Part shown: in pieces, positions 10,226 to 16,596 of the stretch
Position numbering within the stretch: position 1 is the first letter of the stretch
Layout: the number at the start of each line of letters is the position of its first letter
Origin: Bdellovibrionales bacterium
GTDB lineage: Bacteria > Bdellovibrionota > Bdellovibrionia > Bdellovibrionales > UBA1609
DNA length: 32,000 nucleotides
Assembly: GCA_963692945.1 (NCBI GenBank)
Contig: OY843585.1
Location: 750,001-782,000 of the forward strand
Reading direction: 5' to 3'
Translations under genes and position numbers: made by a program
Notes under the pieces: generated by a model
Database searches by the model: none
What the model was told of the DNA's origin: nothing
The model's input: the letters and a program-made list of their open reading frames with translations, nothing else

Positions 10226-10326
10226 CAAAACTCTCGTCCTTCCCTTTTTATTTTTTGAGATTTTTATCGTAAGAGAGGCACTCTTCAAATCTCATTAAAA
10301 TAAGAGTAGGTAACACTAGAGTTTTG
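10226..10326 (+). repeat. Long-hairpin (LH) repeat element, copy A (partly degenerate), with terminal inverted CAAAACTCT.G / C.AGAGTTTTG
   Basis: The sequence runs CAAAACTCTCG...TATCGTAAGAGAGGCACTCTTCAAATCTCATTAAAATAAGAGTAGG...CACTAGAGTTTTG. The core and right arm match copies at 11175-11318 and 27937-28061. The left arm is decayed. Confidence 0.75.
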
Positions 10327-10373
10327 AAAAAAAATATTTACTTTCCAAGTTTTTTATTTTATTTTTAGTAGGT

Positions 10374-10841
10374 ATGAAAAAAGATGTTTTTTACATGCTT
10401 TCTCCCATAGGGAATTTAGAGATTTCTTTAGAAGGAGATAGGCTTTACTCTATTCAAAAAGATTTGCGACAAACTCGCTCTAAAAAAAGATCTCATTCCA
10501 CTGAAACCAATATTTCTAAACGAGTCAAAAAGCAATTGGAAGAGTATTTTAACTCTAAAAGAGATAAATTTTCTATTCCTTTAGCGAAAAGAGGGACAGA
10601 GTTTCAAAGGCAGGTGTGGAAAATTCTGCAAAAAATTCCCTACAATCAAACCAGAACCTATAAGGATATTTCTTTAAAACTTGGTTTTCAAACTAAAGCT
10701 CGTTCTGTGGGTCAAGCTTGTTCTAGAAATCCTTTTTTGATTGTAGTGCCTTGTCATAGAGTTCTTTCTAAACAAGGTTTAGGAGGATTTGCTTTAGGTT
10801 TAAAAGCTAAAAAAACCTTACTTGCTTTAGAAACTTCATAA
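10374..10841 (+). CDS. ogt: Methylated-DNA--protein-cysteine methyltransferase
   Basis: It has the active-site PCHRV and the helix-turn-helix region YKDIS...ARSVGQACSRNP. It is 155 aa long. Confidence 0.9.
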   Translation: MKKDVFYMLSPIGNLEISLEGDRLYSIQKDLRQTRSKKRSHSTETNISKRVKKQLEEYFNSKRDKFSIPLAKRGTEFQRQVWKILQKIPYNQTRTYKDISLKLGFQTKARSVGQACSRNPFLIVVPCHRVLSKQGLGGFALGLKAKKTLLALETS

Positions 10842-10850
10842 TTTTATGAT

Positions 10851-11198
10851 CCTCTCTCATGCGAAAACCAGCAGTTTTTCTCTAGTTCAAACATAAAACT
10901 TTATTTGCGAAAACCAGCAGTTTTTCTCTAGTTCAAACAATTTGCGAAAACCAGCAGTTTTTCTCTAAGCATACCCTCATGCGAAAACTAGTAGGTTTTC
11001 TCTAAGCATACCCTCATGCGAAAACCAGTAGGTTTTCTCTAAGCATACCCTCATGCGAAAACCAGTAGGTTTTCTCTAAGCATACCCTCATGCGAAAACC
11101 AGCAGTTTTTCTCTAGTTCAAACATAAACCTTTATTTGCGAAAACCAGCAGGTTTTCTCTAGTTCAAACAATTTGCGAAAACCAGTAGGTTTTCTCTA
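10851..11198 (+). repeat. Tandem array of 9 small-hairpin (SH) units, GCGAAAACC-AGYA-G(G/T)TTTTCTCTA, with three recurring linker types
   Basis: The 24-nt cores start at 10861, 10907, 10944, 10981, 11018, 11055, 11092, 11138 and 11175, giving spacings of 46-37-37-37-37-37-46-37 bp. The linkers are GTTCAAACATAAA(A/C)CTTTATTT, GTTCAAACAATTT and AGCATACCCTCAT. Confidence 0.9.
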
Positions 11199-11318
11199 GT
11201 TCAAATCATAAACCTATTAAGTAACTCTTATTTTAATGAGATTTGAAGAGCGTCCCTCTTGCGATGAAAAGCTCGTTAAAATAAGAGTAGGAAATACTTT
11301 AATTGAACTAGAGTTTTG
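11199..11318 (-). repeat. Long-hairpin (LH) repeat element, copy B (inverted relative to copies A and C)
   Basis: The 17-bp stem is 11224-11240 / 11272-11288, with one T:G pair. The 31-nt loop is ATTTGAAGAGCGTCCCTCTTGCGATGAAAAG. It is flanked by CTCTAGTTCAAAT and AATTGAACTAGAG and ends in GAGTTTTG, directly abutting the stop codon at 11319-11321. Confidence 0.85.
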
Positions 11319-13079
11319 TTAATGATTCATTTTCTTCATTAAAGATTTAAAATTTGTTTTAAGAAGTTTTATGTCTTCATTTTGTTTTTTATTTTGTGCT
11401 TTAAGAGATTCGTTTTCTTTTTTTAGAGAAGCCAGTTCTCTTTCTAGTTTTTTATTTGTGGATGCTAATTTTTTTTCTGTTTGAAGTTGTGTCTCTTTTA
11501 GTTTTGCCATTTCTTTTGTAATAAAATCTATAGATTTTGTAAAAGACTCTTTTATCTTTGCAAATGATTTTGTAAGAGCCGACACAGACTCTTTAAGAAA
11601 GTTTAGAGTTTTTGTTGTGGAGCCATAAAATTCTTTAAAAGTTTTTATGATAACAGGGATAAGTCCTTGGTAATTTAAACTTAAAGTCTTTTTTGGATCT
11701 GAACCTTCAGACACTAATTCGGGATACTGTTCTTGAACCTCTTGAGCAATTAAACCTATCTGTTTTGTTTGAACTCTATGTTTGTCTTTCCAGTAAAAAG
11801 TTTTAGGATTTAATTTTAAAAGAGAATGAGTTTGATTTTTTAAATCCTTAATCTTGGTTTTGAGTCGTTTATCAGAGTGATGGGTAACTCCACCGTTTAT
11901 CTTTATATCTCCAGCAATATTAACGAATTTTGTTCCTGACATATTCCCTTTAATAAGATTTCCGATATTAAGTTTATTGCTGGCATCGGTTGCTGATAAT
12001 CTCATACCTCCTCCAATCACAATATTATTGCTTCCTGTAGTAGAACCTGATGGTCCAAATTGCGCATTATCACCTAAAGCAATATTATTATTGCCTATTG
12101 TATTTCTAGATCCTGCCTCATGACCTATAAAAACATTAGATCCTCCATTGTTATCCGCACCAGCTCGTCTACCAAAAAAAGTATTGTAACCTCCGCTGAT
12201 ATTATTTAATCCCGTGTTATAACCTATAAAACTGTTGTAATTTCCTGTATTTACTTCTCCAGCTTTATAACCTACAAAAGTCCCTTCACTGCCACCTGTT
12301 CCAACTTCAAAACCAAAAGCCGTGTGCTTATTTGTACTTGCACCTGTTGTCCCACAACCCACAAGAGTTCGCCCGTCTGAGTCTACCTTGTAACATTCTG
12401 GGTCTATACCGCTTCCGCCTTCAATTTTTCCTCCAATCGCATAACATTTTTTATTATTTACAATTTCTTCCCCAACACCTCCAACAACTTTTATTTTGAT
12501 TTTAATGGGAGCTAAAACAGGAAAAATTTTTTCCTTATCCGTTCCATAATAGACGAATAAATCTAAATATCCATCTCTTGAAGTCCCTCTTACCTCACCC
12601 GCTCTAAGTTCTATTTTTTGGATGGTAAGACCATTGTATTCTTTCCAAGTTTCAAAACCAAAAGGAATATTTGTTGTGCGGTATCTAGTCTTGTGAGGGG
12701 CGGCATTTCTATAAGTTAAGACATTATTTCTATAGAGAGCATAGATGTCTTGTTTTGTGTGTCTAATATCTCTAAAGTTTAAGTTTTTTAATATTAACGA
12801 ACAAGCATTTTGGTAAATACAAGTATCTCCTACATTTTTACCTGGAGGTTTAGGACTGTTTAAGGCATTAGGGGGGCAAGTTTCTGTTTGTTCTAACAAA
12901 TGAATGATATCTTCACTCAGTTCAATAGAATTGCTTTTTTGTTGAACTTTTTTTAAAGATCTCATAAGGTTTACTTGGAATTGAGAAATTCCTAAAATAA
13001 CAATGGTTCCAATAGCAGCTGCTGATAAAACACCAATGAGGGAAAATCCAGAATTATTAAGTTTTGAATAATAAGTCAT
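11319..13079 (-). CDS. Chimeric surface fibre protein: prepilin-like N-terminus, Gly/Asn-rich tail-fibre-like repeats, S74-type intramolecular chaperone domain and a coiled-coil tail
   Basis: The N-terminus MTYYSKLNNSG/FSLIGVLSAAAIGTIVILG resembles a type IV prepilin leader plus hydrophobic helix, with Gly in place of Glu5. Residues ~215-395 carry repeats such as FVGYKAGEVNTGNYNSFIGYNTGLNN..NVFIGHEAGSRNTIGNNNIALGDNA. HH-SDKRLKTKIKDL...IGLIAQEVQEQYPELV...LNYQGLIPV matches the self-cleaving chaperone domain of phage tailspikes and fibres. Confidence 0.7.
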   Translation of the reverse strand: MTYYSKLNNSGFSLIGVLSAAAIGTIVILGISQFQVNLMRSLKKVQQKSNSIELSEDIIHLLEQTETCPPNALNSPKPPGKNVGDTCIYQNACSLILKNLNFRDIRHTKQDIYALYRNNVLTYRNAAPHKTRYRTTNIPFGFETWKEYNGLTIQKIELRAGEVRGTSRDGYLDLFVYYGTDKEKIFPVLAPIKIKIKVVGGVGEEIVNNKKCYAIGGKIEGGSGIDPECYKVDSDGRTLVGCGTTGASTNKHTAFGFEVGTGGSEGTFVGYKAGEVNTGNYNSFIGYNTGLNNISGGYNTFFGRRAGADNNGGSNVFIGHEAGSRNTIGNNNIALGDNAQFGPSGSTTGSNNIVIGGGMRLSATDASNKLNIGNLIKGNMSGTKFVNIAGDIKINGGVTHHSDKRLKTKIKDLKNQTHSLLKLNPKTFYWKDKHRVQTKQIGLIAQEVQEQYPELVSEGSDPKKTLSLNYQGLIPVIIKTFKEFYGSTTKTLNFLKESVSALTKSFAKIKESFTKSIDFITKEMAKLKETQLQTEKKLASTNKKLERELASLKKENESLKAQNKKQNEDIKLLKTNFKSLMKKMNH

Positions 13080-13250
13080 TCTTAAAAGATCCTTTATCTT
13101 TAAATTTTAGCATATTTTTCTATTTAAAAAATAAATATCTGTAAAATTATATTACATGTGTTATTTTATGTTAAAGTATCAGAAATAATCAATAAGAAGT
13201 GCTAATGTTTAGAGGTTCCTTTTTCTAAAACATTGTGAAAAAGAGATTTA

Positions 13251-13976
13251 TTATTGAGATTCAGTTAAGGTTGCACCAATAATACCACAAGCGATTCTTT
13301 CTCCAGAATTTCCTGTTGGTTGAGTTTTTAAATCATCTTCTTTTGCATGTACAATAACAGAACGACCTAAAAATTTTCTAAAGTGTCCTGGTAGAACTTT
13401 ATCATAGAGAGCTTCACCTTTTGAATCAGAAGATAGATTTCCTAAATCTCCTGCATGCTTTTCTGGACTAAGAGGGCCTCCATGTAGAGAAGGGGTTCTC
13501 TTTTTATTGAAAAAACTTTTTTTATGTCTATGAGGATGAACTATTAAATGCCCTCCTGCTTTTAAGGCTTTATCTGAACAATCTCCAAATTCATGAACAT
13601 GAAATCCAAACTTTTGATTCGCTTTCAAATTTGTGATTTTTGCTCTTACTCTTACTTTTTTATGATCTGCTTTTTCAAAAATCACAAAACCTTTTGGGCC
13701 TCCAGTATTCACTGGTGTTACATAGGCTTTTCCAGAAAGACCATTTGAGCCACAACAAGATTTTTTAGAATGAGAGCAAGACTTTTTGGAATGAGAGCAA
13801 GATTTTTTAGAATGAGAACAAGACTTTTTAGAATGAGAACAAGATTTTTTAGAATGCTTATGATGTTGTTTGTGATCGGAGTGTTTTTGAGTAGAATGCT
13901 TGTAGGTAGAGTAACAACTCACAAGAAAGGAAAGAGAAAATAATAAACTGGCAATAAAGAAAGACTTTTGAAACAT
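13251..13976 (-). CDS. sodC: Cu,Zn superoxide dismutase lipoprotein with an N-terminal His/Cys-rich tandem-repeat extension
   Basis: It has lipobox LVSC and the SodC motifs GFHVHEFGDCS, GGH, HAGDLGN, VIVHAKEDD and GNSGERIACGII. The N-terminus carries KHSTQKHSDHKQHHKH followed by five SKKSCSH repeats. Confidence 0.9.
   Translation of the reverse strand: MFQKSFFIASLLFSLSFLVSCYSTYKHSTQKHSDHKQHHKHSKKSCSHSKKSCSHSKKSCSHSKKSCSHSKKSCCGSNGLSGKAYVTPVNTGGPKGFVIFEKADHKKVRVRAKITNLKANQKFGFHVHEFGDCSDKALKAGGHLIVHPHRHKKSFFNKKRTPSLHGGPLSPEKHAGDLGNLSSDSKGEALYDKVLPGHFRKFLGRSVIVHAKEDDLKTQPTGNSGERIACGIIGATLTESQ
13755..13856 (-). repeat. In-frame 21-bp tandem repeat, about 5 copies, encoding (SKKSCSH)n inside sodC
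   Basis: The plus strand reads ACAAGA(T/C)TTTTT(A/G)GAATGAGA(G/A) reiterated with a 21-bp period. Confidence 0.85.
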
Positions 13977-14109
13977 TTGTAAACTCCTTTTTGTTTAAAA
14001 AATAACTTAGTTTCAATTTATAAAGGTATTGGTTTAAAAATTCAAGATATTTCTAAAATTTAAAAAAGGCTTGTATTGAAAACTTAATTTACATATCTTG
14101 ATATTTACG

Positions 14110-15045
14110 ATGAACATTTTAAACTCTTATTTTTTAGACTTTTTAAAGGTCACAGAACAGAGTGCTTTGGCTTGTTATCCTCTTATAGGAAAGGGAGATG
14201 CTCAGGCTGCCGATCAAGCGGCTGTGGATGCAATGAGATTGTATTTTCAAGAACTGCAAATGGATGTTCAAATTGTTATAGGTGAGGGGGAAAGAGATAA
14301 AGCCCCTCGTCTTTATACAGGAGAACATCTTGGAGATAAAAATTCAGAGATTAAAATAGATGTGGCTGTTGATCCTTTAGAAGGAACAACTCTTTGTGCT
14401 GAAGGAAGAGAGGGTTCCTTATCGGTTATGGCTGTTTCTTTGAGAGGAGGTCTTTTTAAGGCTCCTGATGTCTATATGAAAAAAATAGCTTGTGGTCCAA
14501 AAGCGAAAGGATCTATCAACTTAAAGGCTTCCGTTGTAGATAATATCTTATCCGTTTCAAAGGCTTTAAATAAAAAACCAGAGGATTTAGTTATTGGCGT
14601 TTTAAAAAGAGAACGGCATCAAGACTTAATTCAGTCTATTAGGCAAACAAAAGCTTGTATTCGTCTTGTTGGAGATGGGGATGTTGCACTGGCTTTAGAA
14701 ACAACCCTTCCAAATTCATCTTTAGATCTATTGATTGGAACAGGTGGTGCTCCAGAAGGAGTTTTAGCAGCTGCGGCTTTAAAATGCCTAGGAGGTGATT
14801 TTCAAGGTCAGTTTCTTTATAAAGATGAGAAAGAGAAACAAAGAGCAGATCAATGTGGTGTAAAAGATTTACATAAAATTTGGACTATGGAAGAATTGGT
14901 TTCTGGAAATGTTCTTTTTTATGCGACGGGAGTCACTAAAGGTTCACTTTTGGATGGAATTCATAAAAAAGGAAATCTTTGGGAAAGTCATTCTCTTATT
15001 TTGAGTAACCAGGTGAGAAGAGATATAAAAAATTATCATATATAA
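14110..15045 (+). CDS. glpX: Class II fructose-1,6-bisphosphatase (GlpX type)
   Basis: The N-terminus LDFLKVTEQSALACYPLIGKGDAQAADQAAVDAMR and the motifs VDPLEGT, LVGDGDV and GTGGAPEGV fit GlpX. The ATG at 14110 is preferred over the TTG at 14098. Confidence 0.9.
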   Translation: MNILNSYFLDFLKVTEQSALACYPLIGKGDAQAADQAAVDAMRLYFQELQMDVQIVIGEGERDKAPRLYTGEHLGDKNSEIKIDVAVDPLEGTTLCAEGREGSLSVMAVSLRGGLFKAPDVYMKKIACGPKAKGSINLKASVVDNILSVSKALNKKPEDLVIGVLKRERHQDLIQSIRQTKACIRLVGDGDVALALETTLPNSSLDLLIGTGGAPEGVLAAAALKCLGGDFQGQFLYKDEKEKQRADQCGVKDLHKIWTMEELVSGNVLFYATGVTKGSLLDGIHKKGNLWESHSLILSNQVRRDIKNYHI

Positions 15046-15046
15046 T

Positions 15047-15078
15047 GTGTTTAATTTTTAAACACCATGGGATTTTTT
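15047..15078 (+). terminator. Possible intrinsic terminator after glpX
   Basis: GTGTTTAA-TTT-TTAAACAC forms an 8-bp perfect but AT-rich stem (15047-15065). It is followed by CATGGGATTTTTT. Confidence 0.3.
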
Positions 15079-15138
15079 ACAAAATATTTCCTTTTCACTT
15101 GTGATTTTGTCTAAAAACTCTTATTTTTACTAAGTATT

Positions 15139-15528
15139 ATGAAATTAAAAAAATATATAATTTATAGCCTTTTCTTATCTTGTTTATTTTCAGGGTTTTT
15201 AGGTGTTGCTCAAACAACTGAAGAAGATGAACTGGATTTTTTATTTGGTCTCTCGGGAGAAGAAATCACCTGTGATAATATAACAGATGTTTTTATAGAG
15301 TATAATAACACTATAAAATTACTTACGGATGTTTTTAGCAAATCTCTTTCTAATATGTCTGTTTTTATGAATGATGTTCATAAAAAGGGTCAGATAAAAA
15401 AATCAGATTGGGCTGCCAAAAAAAGTCAAATTAAAGAAGCGGAAATTATTATGGATGAAAACGCATATCAGATATTACAAAAAGGTGAAGATATTCAGTC
15501 CATTTTACAAGAATGTTTAAACCCATAA
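15139..15528 (+). CDS. Hypothetical secreted protein (signal peptide, acidic, helical)
   Basis: This is a 129-aa ORF with an N-terminal hydrophobic signal-like segment, MKLKKYIIYSLFLSCLFSGFLGVAQ. I do not recognise any family. Confidence 0.5.
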   Translation: MKLKKYIIYSLFLSCLFSGFLGVAQTTEEDELDFLFGLSGEEITCDNITDVFIEYNNTIKLLTDVFSKSLSNMSVFMNDVHKKGQIKKSDWAAKKSQIKEAEIIMDENAYQILQKGEDIQSILQECLNP

Positions 15529-15568
15529 AAAATCTTTTTTTAAAATCAGTAGGGATATTAAAAAAATT

Positions 15569-16561
15569 ATGTCTCATCTTTTATTTCATAAAACATTAAA
15601 TTTTTTTAAATCAGAAAATTTAAAAAATAAAAATATTTCTATAGGAGTCTCTGGTGGTTTGGACTCTCTAGTCCTTTTAGATGTTTTACACCAGATTGCT
15701 TCTCCTCAAAAATTGAAACTTTCTGTGATTCATGTTTATCATGGAGAGTCTTCTAATCCTTCTTTACAAAAATACCGAAACGAAGCCAGACAATTGGTTT
15801 TTAAAACATGCAAGTTTTTATCTGTTCCATTTAAAGAATCGGAGGCTCCTAAAAGAGAGTTAAAAAGTGAAGAGGATTTTAGAGAATTTAGATACGAACA
15901 ATTTCAAAAAAATCTCAAAGAGGAAGGGGCTCATTTTTTAGCTTTAGCCCATAATAATAATGACATTTTAGAAACAAGACTTATTCATTTAATTAGAGGT
16001 TGTGGTTTAGAGGGTTTAAAATCTATGGATTTTTTTGATCCCATTCCTCAAACCACTTTACATGGTAAGGGAGAGGGTTCTTTAATTAGGCCTTTCCTTC
16101 CTTTTTCAAGAGAATCTATCTTGGACTATGCTCAAAAAAAGAAACTGCGATGGTTAGAAGACCCTAGCAATCTTGACGAAACTTTTTTAAGGAATTGGTT
16201 AAGAAAAAAATGGTTGATTGAGTTGGAAAAAAAAAGACCAGGAAGTTGCTTTCGTTTAGGGAAATCTCTGGCTCAAATTGCATCTTCTTCTGAAAAAAAG
16301 GATTTTCTTGCTCATTCTATAACTTTTGAAGGCATTCCTAGAAATTTTTTGAGAGAACTTTCTTTATTTAATCAAAAAAGATTGCTTGTCTTATATATGA
16401 AGAGGCAAAATATAAAAAATTATGGTCAATCTCATATTGAAGAACTTTTAAAACATCTTGAAAGGAAAGAGAAGCATATCGTTTTTGATTTACTAAAGAG
16501 AAAATGGAAGATAACTCCTGATTTTTTTTATGTAGAAAGTGGTATAAATAAAAATAGTTAG
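15569..16561 (+). CDS. tilS: tRNA(Ile)-lysidine synthetase
   Basis: It has the PP-loop motif GVSGGLDS and the HNNNDILET motif. Its position upstream of ftsH is conserved. Confidence 0.85.
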   Translation: MSHLLFHKTLNFFKSENLKNKNISIGVSGGLDSLVLLDVLHQIASPQKLKLSVIHVYHGESSNPSLQKYRNEARQLVFKTCKFLSVPFKESEAPKRELKSEEDFREFRYEQFQKNLKEEGAHFLALAHNNNDILETRLIHLIRGCGLEGLKSMDFFDPIPQTTLHGKGEGSLIRPFLPFSRESILDYAQKKKLRWLEDPSNLDETFLRNWLRKKWLIELEKKRPGSCFRLGKSLAQIASSSEKKDFLAHSITFEGIPRNFLRELSLFNQKRLLVLYMKRQNIKNYGQSHIEELLKHLERKEKHIVFDLLKRKWKITPDFFYVESGINKNS

Positions 16562-16596
16562 GCATTTTAACTCTAAAATGGTATATAGTGTAAGTT

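Noticed and set aside
10851-11198. Possible CRISPR array: regularly spaced ~24-nt partially palindromic repeats
   Set aside because: The 'spacers' are only 13-22 bp and are themselves repeated, with just three linker sequences and no unique spacers. No cas genes or leader-like region are visible in the window. The same unit also occurs in inverted pairs at 28049-28128.
10851-11198. Replication origin or iteron cluster
   Set aside because: There are no DnaA-box-like TTATCCACA motifs, and dnaA, dnaN and rep genes are absent. The only support is the phased repeats, so this remains a speculative alternative under the array finding.
10226-11318. Integron-like gene cassette (ogt flanked by attC-like imperfect palindromes)
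   Set aside because: No intI gene or attI is present. The element termini (CAAAACTCTAG / CTAGAGTTTTG) do not fit the RYYYAAC / GTTRRRY core sites. The flanking elements are in inverted rather than direct orientation.
11319-13079. Prophage or tailocin remnant, because of the tail-fibre repeats and S74 chaperone domain
   Set aside because: No other phage-like genes (integrase, baseplate, tail, lysis) lie on either side. The neighbours are ogt and sodC. The N-terminus looks like a bacterial prepilin or signal anchor rather than a virion attachment domain.
13200-13250. Hairpin CTTTTTC-N11-GAAAAAG downstream of sodC as an intrinsic terminator
   Set aside because: The stem is a short 7 bp and AT-rich, the loop is large at 11 nt, and no U-tract follows on the transcribed (minus) strand.
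3195-14109. Upstream alternative starts given by the ORF track: ATG 3195 for actF, TTG 6178 for speD and TTG 14098 for glpX
   Set aside because: The downstream ATGs (3249, 6199, 14110) coincide with the conserved family N-termini. For actF the downstream ATG also avoids a 44-nt overlap and has a good Shine-Dalgarno sequence.
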